The notes under the pieces were generated by a model, which was given only the letters and a program-made list of their open reading frames with translations, was not told where the DNA came from and searched no databases. From Paucihalobacter sp. (lineage in GTDB: Bacteria > Bacteroidota > Bacteroidia > Flavobacteriales > Flavobacteriaceae), in contig NZ_DAISXK010000011.1 of assembly GCF_036825875.1 (NCBI RefSeq), forward strand, positions 3,537 to 67,536: DNA of 64,000 nucleotides, given 5' to 3'. This document shows, one piece after another, positions 31,090 through 40,753 of the stretch. Each line of letters starts with the position of its first letter. The first letter of the stretch is position 1. The translations under genes and the position numbers were made by a program.

Positions 31090-31554
31090 TTACGTAGCCA
31101 TCTTCCTAAGTAAAGAAATTTGACCTAAATGATAATACCCATGTTCTATTACGCCTTCAATATTTCTGTGATAGGTGCCGTATTTTTCATCAAAAAAGTA
31201 ACTATTTAAAATTTTATCATCCATATGCTCAACAGCACGTGCGAAACTTTCTGCATTGGCCAAAAAGTTATCCACGAGACTATTCCATTCCTCTTCAGAT
31301 TTGACTAGTGGCATGTCAAAACTATATTGATCTTTAATTTCAAGTTTACCACTGTTTAAAGCTTCTAAAATACCATTTAAGTAATAATTGACGTGAAATG
31401 TCAAAGCCGCGATACTATTTAAGTTTGCTGTTTTTTGCAAGGCTTGCTGCCATGGTATTTGTTGTAACTGGCGCTTATAATTGGTGTTTGCGATCCAGTA
31501 GCCATCCAAAAAAACTTCTCTTAGTCTTTTTGCTAAAAATTGATTAGAATTCAT
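31090..31554 (-). CDS. DinB family (DUF1572-like) protein
   Basis: 154 aa with a four-helix-bundle pattern and the conserved His positions (FHVNYY, EHGYYHLGQI) typical of DinB/YfiT-like proteins. Confidence 0.7.
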   Translation of the reverse strand: MNSNQFLAKRLREVFLDGYWIANTNYKRQLQQIPWQQALQKTANLNSIAALTFHVNYYLNGILEALNSGKLEIKDQYSFDMPLVKSEEEWNSLVDNFLANAESFARAVEHMDDKILNSYFFDEKYGTYHRNIEGVIEHGYYHLGQISLLRKMAT

Positions 31555-31579
31555 AAACTTAAAAATTAAAAATATTCTC

Positions 31580-31587
31580 CAAATTTA
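31580..31587 (-). promoter_or_regulatory. candidate -7 box (TAnnTTTG)
   Basis: The minus strand reads TAAATTTG, 26 nt upstream of the ATG at 31554. Confidence 0.4.
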
Positions 31588-31690
31588 GTAAACTAGTTTA
31601 TACTAAATCCACTGGATTAAATCCTGATAATTACTGTTTACTCTATAGTATAAGCCTTATTTTTGCAATTAATTTTAGCGTGAAAGTGTT

Positions 31691-31975
31691 ATGATTTCAG
31701 TATTTCGAATTATTGCCTTACTAGAAGGGCTATCTTACATACTCTTATTGTTTGTTGCGGTCCCTGTTAAATATTTATTAGAAGATCCTAGTTATGTAAA
31801 AATATTGGGCATGCCACATGGTATTTTATTTGTGGCCTATATAGCCTTGGCCTTTCTTGTAAAACCAGAACTAAAATGGTCCGGCAAAACTTTTAGCTTT
31901 GTACTATTGGCATCACTCATACCATTTGCCACTTTTTATGTAGATTTAAAATACTTAAAACCTAACAGAAAATGA
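31691..31975 (+). CDS. DUF3817 family membrane protein
   Basis: 94 aa with three TM helices. The N-terminal FRIIALLEGLSYILLLFVAVPVKY...GMPHGILFVAY pattern is characteristic of DUF3817. Confidence 0.7.
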   Translation: MISVFRIIALLEGLSYILLLFVAVPVKYLLEDPSYVKILGMPHGILFVAYIALAFLVKPELKWSGKTFSFVLLASLIPFATFYVDLKYLKPNRK

Positions 31976-33216
31976 GCGAATTAAACCATTATATCTATGA
32001 TTATTTAATTGAAGCAGGTCAATCTGAATTATTGGCAAAATACCTTAATATGCTGGTGCTATTAATTCTATTTACCATTATTTTATTTGTAGTAGATTTT
32101 ATACTTAGAAAAATCATTGTTCAGCTTATCACTAAAATGTCGGTAAAAACTACCACAAAGTTTGACGATTATTTAGTTATTCATAAAACACCCCGAAATT
32201 TAGCGCATATTATTCCTTTAATAATTGCCTTCAAACTGTTACCAGTAGTGTTCGTAGATTTCCCCAGGTTTGAATCTGGAATGGAATTACTTCTAAAACT
32301 ATATGGTGTTTTTGTAACGGTTTGGATTATTCGTAGCGTGTTGCACACATTCCGTAGCTTTTTTAAAGATCTTGACAACTTAAAAGACAAGCCAATTGAC
32401 AGTTACATTCAAGTTGCAATGTTATTTGTCTGGGTTATAGGAATTGCTTTCTTTTTTGTTTTATTGACAGGTGTTGAACTTATTAAATTTTTCACCACAC
32501 TTGGTGCAGCATCCGCTATTTTACTCTTAATTTTTAAAGATACCATTCTCGGATTTGTAGCGAGTATCCAGGTAGCCATTAACGACACGGTAAGAATTGG
32601 CGACTGGATTACAATGGAAAAATATGGAGCCGATGGCGATGTTGTTGAAATAAACTTGGCAGCCGTAAAAGTCCAAAACTGGGATAAAACCATTACCACT
32701 ATTCCGACGTACGCACTTATTTCCGATTCGTTCAAAAACTGGCGTGGTATGAGCGATTCAGGTGGACGACGTATTAAACGTTCGGTGATTATAAAACCGT
32801 CGAGTATTAAGTTTTTAGCACCAGAAGAAGTAGAAAGCCTTAAATCAATTCAGCGTGTAACCGACTATTTAAACCAGAGGCAAGCTGAAATTGACACCTT
32901 TAATAAAGAAAACAACAGAGACAAAAGTATTTTACTCAATGGTAGAAACCTCACCAATTTTGGTGTTTTAAGAAAATATATTGAAACGTTTATAGAAGGG
33001 CATCCAGATATTAAAAAAGACATGACTATCATGACCAGGCAGTTAGAGCCTACAGTTTACGGATTTCCTTTAGAAATTTATGCTTTTAGTAGCGATCAAA
33101 GATGGAAAAATTATGAGTCTATAATGGCCGACATTTTTGATCATGTGATTGCTGCTGTTCCTTATTTTGGACTTGAAATTATGGAAGTTACAACATTAGA
33201 TGTAAAATCTACTTAA
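31972..33216 (+). CDS. mechanosensitive ion channel (MscS) family protein
   Basis: 414 aa. N-terminal TM helices are followed by the MscS pore-helix/beta-domain region (ILGFVASIQVAINDTVRIGDWI...GDVVEINLAAVKVQNWDKTITTIPTYAL). It overlaps the upstream gene by 4 nt (ATGA). Confidence 0.85.
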   Translation: MSELNHYIYDYLIEAGQSELLAKYLNMLVLLILFTIILFVVDFILRKIIVQLITKMSVKTTTKFDDYLVIHKTPRNLAHIIPLIIAFKLLPVVFVDFPRFESGMELLLKLYGVFVTVWIIRSVLHTFRSFFKDLDNLKDKPIDSYIQVAMLFVWVIGIAFFFVLLTGVELIKFFTTLGAASAILLLIFKDTILGFVASIQVAINDTVRIGDWITMEKYGADGDVVEINLAAVKVQNWDKTITTIPTYALISDSFKNWRGMSDSGGRRIKRSVIIKPSSIKFLAPEEVESLKSIQRVTDYLNQRQAEIDTFNKENNRDKSILLNGRNLTNFGVLRKYIETFIEGHPDIKKDMTIMTRQLEPTVYGFPLEIYAFSSDQRWKNYESIMADIFDHVIAAVPYFGLEIMEVTTLDVKST

Positions 33217-33599
33217 GACAAACGGTTTTTTACATATTCAACTTTCGTTTTGCCGTGAGGTGTTGGCTTACCATTTTCATCCAGGTTAACCAAAACGATA
33301 TTATCAACTGTTATAATGGTTTCACGCGTCATTTTGTTGCGTACTTCACAATTAAGAACCAATGAGGTTTTTCCGAATTTTACGACCTCAATACCAATCT
33401 CAATAATATCACCAGTTTTTGCTGAGCTTGTAAAATTGATTTCAGACATATATTTGGTTACAACCTTATTGTTTTCTAATTGGATAACAGCATACAAAGC
33501 TGCTTCTTCGTCAATCCATGATAATAATTGTCCGCCAAACAGCGTACCATTTGGATTTAAATCTTCAGGCTTTACCCATTTTCTGGTATGAAATCTCAT
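33213..33599 (-). CDS. acyl-CoA thioesterase (hotdog fold, YciA-like)
   Basis: 128 aa with LNPNGTLFGGQLLSWIDEEAA, typical of 4HBT/acyl-CoA hydrolase hotdog proteins. Confidence 0.8.
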   Translation of the reverse strand: MRFHTRKWVKPEDLNPNGTLFGGQLLSWIDEEAALYAVIQLENNKVVTKYMSEINFTSSAKTGDIIEIGIEVVKFGKTSLVLNCEVRNKMTRETIITVDNIVLVNLDENGKPTPHGKTKVEYVKNRLS

Positions 33600-33614
33600 A
33601 AAAGTTCTTTATGG

Positions 33615-33622
33615 CAAAGGTA
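33615..33622 (-). promoter_or_regulatory. candidate -7 box (TAnnTTTG)
   Basis: The minus strand reads TACCTTTG, 16 nt upstream of the ATG at 33599, which would give a very short leader. Confidence 0.35.
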
Positions 33623-33741
33623 TATATTTTTTGACTCCTTAATTTAAATAATGTGCATTGTTAATAACGCAGTTAACAAGAATTAAAGCATTCGCACATA
33701 GAGCAAATCAGAATGCATATTTTTAATAAAAATCTTACATC

Positions 33742-34158
33742 ATGACTACACGCTCCACCGATTTAATCAAATTAAGACCGTTGATTTCCACTGCAAAAAT
33801 TTACGACAATATGAGCAGCGAAGAACATTTTCAAAATGCAACCTTACGGCCTGTTATTAAAAGTCAGAATGATTTGTTAATTGTGGTTTTTCGGAATTAT
33901 ATAGCAAAACACAAAAATGTGTTTTATGCCTTATCTACACAAAAGCAGCTAGATTATATTGAGAATGCCATTCAAAAAGACATGAAGTTTAGAAATTCCG
34001 TTAAGGGTATGATTATTGGCTTGTTTACTGTTGAAGAATACGAACTTTATATCACCAACTCCTCAGCACTTAACAAACGTATGATGAATTTGGTAAAGGA
34101 AAGACTGGTAAGTCAAATACAACTATTTCAAAAAGCGGAAATATTACGTGCCATTTAG
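33742..34158 (+). CDS. hypothetical protein
   Basis: 138-aa ORF with no recognisable motif. Coding-like composition. Its 3' end overlaps the convergent gene by 4 nt. Confidence 0.5.
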   Translation: MTTRSTDLIKLRPLISTAKIYDNMSSEEHFQNATLRPVIKSQNDLLIVVFRNYIAKHKNVFYALSTQKQLDYIENAIQKDMKFRNSVKGMIIGLFTVEEYELYITNSSALNKRMMNLVKERLVSQIQLFQKAEILRAI

Positions 34159-34832
34159 ATTAAAGGTTCACCATTAAGATTGGTTGTAAGCACATCGCTC
34201 ATCAAATCAAAAAACGGTCTTATTGCTTTAAAACTTTGATTTACCGTGTGAATAAAATCTTCATGCATCACTTCTTGATCTGTGAATGTTTTAGTAAAAA
34301 TGAATTGTTTCATTCTAATTAATTCTATATCTGGGTGCTCTTTATCAAAATCTCTCGGTGCTGTTTTTAAAGATTCACCTTCTAGATTACCCCAAAGCTT
34401 TTTTAATTCTGTTTGGTGTATAATCGACTTAAACTCCGAAGCGTCCATTTCAAGCTCTTTGCGTATTCGAAATAAATCATCCTTATTCGGATCCCAAAAC
34501 CCAACTGCAATAAACGATTCATTATTAGGTGCTAAATGCACATAATAACCACCGCGAAGTTGAGGTTTGCGTCTGTGTAAAGCCGCACTCATATGTGTTT
34601 TGTAAGGCAATTTATTTTTTGAAAATCTTACATCGCGATAAATTCTGAATATTTTTAAATTCTCAATGTCATCGTGAACCTTCATTTGAGTTAATAACTG
34701 ATTAAACACAATTTTAAACTGCCCTTGTATTTTTTGAAACTTGGTTTTATTATCGTTAAACCAGTCCCGATTGTTGTTTTCATTCAATTCGGTTAAAAAT
34801 TGAAATAGAGATTTGTCTATGTTTGAATTCAT
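34155..34832 (-). CDS. DUF2461 (TIGR02453) family protein
   Basis: 225 aa. N-terminal FLTELNENNNRDWFNDNK and central IYRDVRFSKNK.PYKTH motifs are characteristic of TIGR02453. Confidence 0.8.
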   Translation of the reverse strand: MNSNIDKSLFQFLTELNENNNRDWFNDNKTKFQKIQGQFKIVFNQLLTQMKVHDDIENLKIFRIYRDVRFSKNKLPYKTHMSAALHRRKPQLRGGYYVHLAPNNESFIAVGFWDPNKDDLFRIRKELEMDASEFKSIIHQTELKKLWGNLEGESLKTAPRDFDKEHPDIELIRMKQFIFTKTFTDQEVMHEDFIHTVNQSFKAIRPFFDLMSDVLTTNLNGEPLI

Positions 34833-34845
34833 TTCAAAAATTTAA

Positions 34846-34881
34846 AATAAAAAAAGGACCTCATATGTTGAAGTCCTTTTA
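34846..34881 (-). terminator. rho-independent terminator after the lipocalin-OmpA operon
   Basis: aaaggac (34854-34860) pairs with gtccttt (34874-34880) around a 13-nt loop. The minus strand continues TTTTATTTT. It lies 17 nt after the stop of 34898..35569. Confidence 0.55.
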
Positions 34882-34897
34882 TTAGTAATAATAATCA

Positions 34898-35569
34898 TTA
34901 GTTTGTTTGAGCCCGTGCGTCTTCAATCATTTGTTGATTTGCTGTAACTGCAATTTCTACACGTCTATTTTTTGATCTACCTTCCACAGTATTGTTATCA
35001 AAGCGTGGCATGGATTCACCCAATCCTTCCATGGATAATCTGTTAGCTGCCACTCCATTTGATTTTAAATATGCTACAACAGAGTTGGCTCTTTTTTTAG
35101 AAAGCTCCATATTGTAAGCGTCGCTTCCTGTGCTATCGGTATGACCTTGAACTAAAAGATTAGTGTCAGGGAATTCTAAAAACACCTTAATAACTTTATC
35201 AAGATTTTGCTTAGAAGCTGCCGTTAAATCGGCCTTATTGGTTGCAAAAGTAACACCGCTATTTTCATCAAAATTAATAAGAATACCTTCTCCAACGCGC
35301 TCTACTTCGGCACCAGGCACTGCTGTTTCTATCTTTTGGGCTTGTTTATCCATCACATTACCAATCACGGCACCAGACGCACCTCCGATGGCTGCGCCAA
35401 TTAAAGCGCCTTTTAAGTTTCCACCAATGAGTCCGCCAATAAGCGCACCACCAGCAGCACCAACAACGGCACCTTTTTGTGTTTTATTGGAATTTCGCAC
35501 TGCCGAGCATCCTACTATTGCAAAGGATAGTGCAAAAATTGTAATATATTTTACTACAGTATTTTTCAT
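34898..35569 (-). CDS. OmpA family lipoprotein with glycine-zipper segment
   Basis: 223 aa. Has a lipobox (FAIVGC-SAV), a Gly-zipper (GAAGGALIGGLIGGNLKGALIGAAIGGASGAVIG), and a C-terminal OmpA-like peptidoglycan-binding domain (GHTDSTGSDAYNMELSKKRA...NRRVEI). Confidence 0.88.
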   Translation of the reverse strand: MKNTVVKYITIFALSFAIVGCSAVRNSNKTQKGAVVGAAGGALIGGLIGGNLKGALIGAAIGGASGAVIGNVMDKQAQKIETAVPGAEVERVGEGILINFDENSGVTFATNKADLTAASKQNLDKVIKVFLEFPDTNLLVQGHTDSTGSDAYNMELSKKRANSVVAYLKSNGVAANRLSMEGLGESMPRFDNNTVEGRSKNRRVEIAVTANQQMIEDARAQTN

Positions 35570-35572
35570 GAT

Positions 35573-36073
35573 TTATAAATTTAAGTTATCAGATTTCTTG
35601 TTGAATTTCATGACCACGTTAAAAGATTTACCTTCAAAAGTAGATGGCACTGTGATGGTCATGTTTGTCTTTGCTAGTTCATTGATGGTGGCTCGGTAAC
35701 CACTCTTATCCTTGCTTTGTGGCCGATTTCTTTCATCGGCATATTTAAATTGAAAGGATTTAACATTGTCACTTTCAAAAAAAGACCAAATGATGCGATA
35801 ATTTACTATACTACAAGATGAATTACTAACATTTGTTGTAAAGCGCCCACTGGCATTATTAGGTATAAAAACCCATTCGCTTCCTTTAAAACAGGCTGAG
35901 TCGGCCGCGTCAAACAAAAACGCTTTATAAATTCCTTCGGCACCAATAAAACTAATATTTGTCACTTCCCAAGTGCCTTTTAAAGCACGCTTACCCGGCA
36001 ATTCTGAACCTGATTTAGATGCACCGCAACTAAAAAGGCAAAACACTATAAGAATACTTGCTATTTTTTTCAT
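35573..36073 (-). CDS. lipocalin-like lipoprotein
   Basis: 166 aa with lipobox LFSC-GAS and a GTWEVTNI motif. Its stop is 3 nt before the OmpA-family start, so the two form an operon. Confidence 0.65.
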   Translation of the reverse strand: MKKIASILIVFCLFSCGASKSGSELPGKRALKGTWEVTNISFIGAEGIYKAFLFDAADSACFKGSEWVFIPNNASGRFTTNVSNSSCSIVNYRIIWSFFESDNVKSFQFKYADERNRPQSKDKSGYRATINELAKTNMTITVPSTFEGKSFNVVMKFNKKSDNLNL

Positions 36074-36361
36074 TCAAAATGATTTGGTTATTGAAGTAGG
36101 TTGTTATTTATTAAAAATAATGTAGATAAATATACAACAATTAACCACAAAAACTTTACACATTTATTTGTATAGGCATAAATAAAGTTAATGACTGATT
36201 AATAATTAATATTTTGAATGTTTAAACGCAACATGAATCTAAAGTGGAAATAATGCACCAAAATTAGAAACACTTAATTCTCTGTTAAAAGTCTTATACT
36301 TTCTTGTTAATTGTTAAAATAATACGTATCATGCCTAACTTTTTAAATTAAATAAAACTCC

Positions 36362-36580
36362 ATGGGTAGACCAGCGACAAAACCGAAGAAATTAAAAGAC
36401 GGTTATTACATTGAAATCAGAAATAAAGGTGCAAAGTCTGGAATAAAATTATACAGCAGTACGGAAGATCAGATGAATAGGACGATTAAGACTTACGAAC
36501 GTTCGAAAGAAGTTGTAATTCTTGGCGAATCAAAAAATGGAAAATTTGTAAACAGTGAAGAATTTCATGTGGTAGATTAA
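36362..36580 (+). CDS. small basic hypothetical protein
   Basis: 72 aa (MGRPATKPKKLKDGYYIEIRNKG...). Followed by a strong terminator, so it is likely a real monocistronic gene. Confidence 0.55.
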   Translation: MGRPATKPKKLKDGYYIEIRNKGAKSGIKLYSSTEDQMNRTIKTYERSKEVVILGESKNGKFVNSEEFHVVD

Positions 36581-36603
36581 TTTTCCTAAACGATTATTAT
36601 TTG

Positions 36604-36636
36604 AAGGTATGAACTTTTTGTTCATACCTTTTTTAT
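36604..36636 (+). terminator. rho-independent terminator
   Basis: 11-bp perfect stem aaggtatgaac / gttcatacctt with a TTTTT loop, followed by TTTTATTT. Confidence 0.8.
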
Positions 36637-36650
36637 TTGCTTATAAAGTT

Positions 36651-36658
36651 TAGTTTTG
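36651..36658 (+). promoter_or_regulatory. candidate -7 box (TAnnTTTG)
   Basis: TAGTTTTG lies 22 nt upstream of the ATG at 36680. Confidence 0.4.
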
Positions 36659-36679
36659 TAATCATCAACCCACAACTTT

Positions 36680-38413
36680 ATGGCGCTTCAAAATTTAGAT
36701 TGGTTTATCATAATTTTCTTTTTAGTACTATTTGCACTTATTGGCATTTACGCTTCTAAAAAAGCAGGTAAAAGCAGTAAGGAGTTTTTTCTTTCTGGTC
36801 AGAATATGCCGTGGTGGCTTTTAGGCGTAAGTATGGTAGCGACCACGTTTGCCGCCGATACGCCTGGCTTAGTCACAGAATTGGTGAGAAATGATGGTGT
36901 TTCGGGTAATTGGGTTTGGTGGGCCTTACTTCTAACCGGAATGCTTACCGTTTTTTTTTACGCCAAACTATGGAGAAAAAGTGGCATCACCACCGATTTA
37001 GAATTTTATGAATTGCGCTACAGCGGAAAGTCTGCGGCCTTTTTAAGAGGCTTTAGAGCTATTTATTTGGGAGTTATTTTCAATGTGATTACCATGGCTG
37101 GTGTATGTTTGGCCGGTGCCAAAATTGCAAATATCCTTTTAGGATTATCACAAGCTGAAACCCTTATTTACGCATCAGTGATTGTGGTTTTTTATGCCTC
37201 TTTAGGTGGGCTTAAAGGTGTTTTACTTACCGATTTTATACAATTTGCCTTGGCAATGGTAGGCAGTATTTGGGCCACAATTTATATCGTGAATATGCCT
37301 GAAATTGGCGGTATTCAGAATCTTATTTCACATTCAAGTGTTAGCGATAAACTTAATTTTTTGCCAGATTTTAATGACACAGAAGCTTTAATAACCTTGC
37401 TTATTATTCCCTTGGCGGTACAATGGTGGAGCACATGGTACCCCGGCGCAGAACCTGGTGGCGGTGGCTATATTGCACAACGAATGCTAGCTGCTAAAGA
37501 TGAAAATCACGCCACGTGGGCAACCCTCTTTTTTAATTTTGCACATTACGCTATTAGACCTTGGCCATGGATTCTAGTGGGATTGGCATCTTTAATTATT
37601 TATCCCGATTTGGGAAGTTTGAACAATACTTTTCCGAATCTTACTGCAGAAATGCAAGGCGATGATGTGGCTTATGCAGCCATGATGACTTATTTACCTG
37701 TGGGATTGATTGGGATTGTACTGACTTCTTTGATGGCCGCTTTTATGAGTACCATTTCTACGCAGCTCAATTGGGGAAGCTCCTATATTGTGAACGATTT
37801 TTATGCGCGTTTTATTAAACAAGATGCAACAGAAAAACAAAAGGTTCTAATTGGACGACTTTCTACCGTGGCCTTGATGGTGATGGCTGGATTGTTTTCG
37901 TTTTATTTACAATCGGCTAAAGATGTTTTTAATTTGTTGCTTCAAATTGGCGCTGGCACTGGTTTGTTATTCATTTTAAGATGGTTTTGGTCGCGCATCA
38001 ATCCTTATAGTGAAATTGCGGCCATGGTAATCTCCTTCGTTATTGCTATTTTCTTTTTTATAAATGGGAAACTGGAAACGCCTATCGTTTCAAATATCGC
38101 TTCTCACTGGCAATTGGTGATTGGTGTTTTCGTAACCACCTTTGGTTGGATTGCCACTACGTTACTTACACAGACCACCGATGCCAATACCTTAGAAAAA
38201 TTCAATAACGTTGTATTTGGAAACGAGTCTAAGTTTAAAGGATTCGGTAAAAAGATTGCTGCCTTTGTTGCCGGAACTATTGGTGTTTATGCAACTTTGT
38301 TTGGGATTGGTAGTTTTATTTACGGCAACACGACTAAAGGAATGCTTTTGGTGGTCTTGGCGTTGGTTTGTTGTGTGATAATTTATATTGCAATGAAAAA
38401 GCCAAGAAGATAA
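36680..38413 (+). CDS. sodium:solute symporter (SSF) family transporter
   Basis: 577 aa with about 13-14 TM helices and SSF-like motifs (FFLSGQNMPWW, GGLKGVLLTDFIQF). Confidence 0.85.
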   Translation: MALQNLDWFIIIFFLVLFALIGIYASKKAGKSSKEFFLSGQNMPWWLLGVSMVATTFAADTPGLVTELVRNDGVSGNWVWWALLLTGMLTVFFYAKLWRKSGITTDLEFYELRYSGKSAAFLRGFRAIYLGVIFNVITMAGVCLAGAKIANILLGLSQAETLIYASVIVVFYASLGGLKGVLLTDFIQFALAMVGSIWATIYIVNMPEIGGIQNLISHSSVSDKLNFLPDFNDTEALITLLIIPLAVQWWSTWYPGAEPGGGGYIAQRMLAAKDENHATWATLFFNFAHYAIRPWPWILVGLASLIIYPDLGSLNNTFPNLTAEMQGDDVAYAAMMTYLPVGLIGIVLTSLMAAFMSTISTQLNWGSSYIVNDFYARFIKQDATEKQKVLIGRLSTVALMVMAGLFSFYLQSAKDVFNLLLQIGAGTGLLFILRWFWSRINPYSEIAAMVISFVIAIFFFINGKLETPIVSNIASHWQLVIGVFVTTFGWIATTLLTQTTDANTLEKFNNVVFGNESKFKGFGKKIAAFVAGTIGVYATLFGIGSFIYGNTTKGMLLVVLALVCCVIIYIAMKKPRR

Positions 38414-39196
38414 CTATTCAAAATCGACACTGTGCAGAATTAATCCTGAAGCGGGTGCGATGTAATCCATAACATCAGTAGATTCGGGTTTTAAAGAGTT
38501 TTCAATATGCTGAAGATCTATGTCGCCTCTTCCCAATTTTATTAGTTCTCCAAACATTAATCGTATTTGGTTCCGCATAAAACCTTTACCTTTTACTTTA
38601 AACACATACGATTTGGAAGGAAAAAAATTAGCCACATAAATATCATTATCGATAATCTCACTGTCTAAAATTGTTCGGATATATTGGCCATTATCTGTGG
38701 CCCTAAAACAATAACCTTTAAAATTGTGCTCTCCTTTAAAAAGTAATGCGCCTTGCTTCATTAAGTCCACATTTAAGGGCTCTAAAATAGTGGTTAAAAT
38801 TGGTGCACAAAACGGATGGTTTTTCTGGCCTTCAGAAAACACATAATGATACTCCTTTACTTTCGGGTTTTGAATCACGTTGAAATTTTCATCAACTTCA
38901 TTTATTCCAAGCGCACGAATATCTTGTGGTAAGTTAAAATTGAACAAATTTAGAAAGACCTCTAAATCTTCAATTTCGTGATAGGTGAAAAGCTCTAAAG
39001 CAGTTTCGTTCGCAGATACCATCGCATCGGTACGGCCAGCGCCAAGTGTTTTAAAAGTCTTTCCTTCAAAAATAAATTTCAAGGTACGATCAATCATAAA
39101 TTGAACCGTTTTTAATTTCGGTTGTTTTTGCCAACCGTGAAAACGATATCCTAAATATTGAATTTTTATGAGATAGAAAAAGCGTTTTTGAAGCAT
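38414..39196 (-). CDS. truA: tRNA pseudouridine synthase A family protein
   Basis: 260 aa. Has YLGYRFHGWQKQP, the catalytic-Asp motif GAGRTDAMVSA (a variant of RTDxGVHA), and FMRNQIRLMFG. Confidence 0.75.
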   Translation of the reverse strand: MLQKRFFYLIKIQYLGYRFHGWQKQPKLKTVQFMIDRTLKFIFEGKTFKTLGAGRTDAMVSANETALELFTYHEIEDLEVFLNLFNFNLPQDIRALGINEVDENFNVIQNPKVKEYHYVFSEGQKNHPFCAPILTTILEPLNVDLMKQGALLFKGEHNFKGYCFRATDNGQYIRTILDSEIIDNDIYVANFFPSKSYVFKVKGKGFMRNQIRLMFGELIKLGRGDIDLQHIENSLKPESTDVMDYIAPASGLILHSVDFE

Positions 39197-39229
39197 TTAT
39201 TTAAGCGTATTCTTTTGAAGATGGTATAA

Positions 39230-39829
39230 TTAAAGTTGTCTCGATTTTAAAACATCTACAATGTCATTCAATTTGAAACCCTTGGCCTGCAATAAAATTA
39301 AATAATGAAACAACAGATCTGCACTTTCGTTTAAAAACAGTTCATCATTATTGTCTTTTGCTTCAATAACCACTTCAACGGCTTCCTCTCCTACTTTTTG
39401 AGCGATTTTATTGATGCCTTTTTTAAATAAGGATGCCACATAGGAACTTTCACCATTGGCTGAATTCTTGCGTTCTTCAATAATATTTTCTAAAGACGAC
39501 AAAAACCCGAAAGTAGCCCTATTTGCTTCAGCCCAACAAGTGTCGGTGCCTTTGTGGCAGGTTGGTCCTTCGGGATTTACAGAAATGAGCAAAGTGTCGT
39601 TATCACAGTCTAGTTTATAATCCACTAAATGCAAGACATTGCCACTTTCTTCACCTTTGGTCCACAATCTGTTTTTGGTTCTGCTGAAGAATGTAACCTT
39701 TTTAGTTGCAATCGTTATATCGAATGCTTCTTGATTCATGTAACCTAGCATCAAAACGTTTTTTGTGATTTCGTCTTGGATAATGGCTGGTACTAAACCG
39801 TCTTTATTTTTATTAAAATCTATATTCAT
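39230..39829 (-). CDS. hisIE: bifunctional phosphoribosyl-AMP cyclohydrolase / phosphoribosyl-ATP diphosphatase
   Basis: 199 aa. The HisI part has GLVPAIIQD, SRTKNRLWTKGEESGN and CDNDTLL...GPTCHKG. The HisE part has KVGEEAVEVVIEA...ESADLLFHYLILL. Confidence 0.95.
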   Translation of the reverse strand: MNIDFNKNKDGLVPAIIQDEITKNVLMLGYMNQEAFDITIATKKVTFFSRTKNRLWTKGEESGNVLHLVDYKLDCDNDTLLISVNPEGPTCHKGTDTCWAEANRATFGFLSSLENIIEERKNSANGESSYVASLFKKGINKIAQKVGEEAVEVVIEAKDNNDELFLNESADLLFHYLILLQAKGFKLNDIVDVLKSRQL

Positions 39830-39838
39830 ATTTCACTA

Positions 39839-39858
39839 ATTCCTGCGAAAGCAGGAAT
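39839..39858. repeat. palindromic hairpin element R1 (ATTCCTGC-GAAA-GCAGGAAT)
   Basis: 8-bp perfect stem with a 4-nt loop and an ATCT tail. Its foot is 9 nt upstream of the hisIE ATG. Confidence 0.85.
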
Positions 39859-39970
39859 CTCATAATTTAAAATTCAAATTTTTCTTCTGTTCGTTAACAA
39901 ATTTTAGATGCGTTATGTTAAGAGCTTTTAATTGCTTCTCGATACAATTCTTATTCTATCAAAATCAAAT

Positions 39971-39995
39971 GATGCTTCACTTCGTTCTGAATGAC
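39971..39995. repeat. short element S1 (gatgcttcacttcgttctgaatgac)
   Basis: On the minus strand it reads GTCATTCAGAACGAAGTGAAGCATC and begins 3 nt after the hisF stop. It resembles S2 at 44806-44831 in sequence frame (GTCATT..GA.CG.AGT.GA.) and in position. Confidence 0.55.
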
Positions 39996-39997
39996 AA

Positions 39998-40753
39998 TTA
40001 TATCCTCACATTAACCCCTTGTTTTTTCAATTCTTCTTTCAATTCCAAAATTGGTATCTCACCAAAATGAAATACACTCGCTGCCAAGGCAGCATCTGCT
40101 TTACCATTAATAAAGGTATCAGCAAAATGCTGCATGGTTCCTGCGCCACCCGATGCAATAATAGGAATATTCACTAAACCTGACAAAGTTGCTAGTGCTT
40201 CATTGGCAAATCCGTTTTTGGTGCCGTCGTGGTTCATAGAGGTGAACAAAATTTCCCCAGCACCGCGCTGTTCTACTTCTTTTGCCCAATCAAACAATTT
40301 AATGTCCGTCTGAATGGTGCCGCCGGCTAAATGCACAAACCATTCGCCATCAACTTGTTTGGCATCTATGGCAACCACCACACACTGACTTCCAAATTTA
40401 CTGGATAATTCGTTTATGAGTTCTGGTCTTTTGACTGCCGACGAATTAATAGAAACCTTATCCGCACCACAATGCAGTAAATCGTCAACATCCTCTACCG
40501 ATGAAATTCCGCCACCAACCGTAAATGGAATATTCACCTGTTCAGCAACCCTCAACACCATATTGTGCATGGTTTTTCGACCTTCTAAAGTAGCCGAAAT
40601 GTCTAAAAACACCAATTCGTCGGCACCAAGATCAGCGTATTGTTTTGCCAAGACCACAGGGTCGCCTGCGTCACGTAAATCGACAAAATTGACACCCTTG
40701 ACGGTGCGTCCATTTTTGATGTCGAGACACGGTATGATTCTTTTTGTTAGCAT
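39998..40753 (-). CDS. hisF: imidazole glycerol phosphate synthase, cyclase subunit
   Basis: 251 aa with [23 protein letters not shown] and [15 protein letters not shown]. Confidence 0.95.
   Translation of the reverse strand: MLTKRIIPCLDIKNGRTVKGVNFVDLRDAGDPVVLAKQYADLGADELVFLDISATLEGRKTMHNMVLRVAEQVNIPFTVGGGISSVEDVDDLLHCGADKVSINSSAVKRPELINELSSKFGSQCVVVAIDAKQVDGEWFVHLAGGTIQTDIKLFDWAKEVEQRGAGEILFTSMNHDGTKNGFANEALATLSGLVNIPIIASGGAGTMQHFADTFINGKADAALAASVFHFGEIPILELKEELKKQGVNVRI

Noticed and set aside
35163-35699. 178-aa plus-strand ORF
   Set aside because: It is antisense to the OmpA-family and lipocalin genes. The APPMAAPIKAP stretch is the reverse complement of the glycine-zipper coding region.
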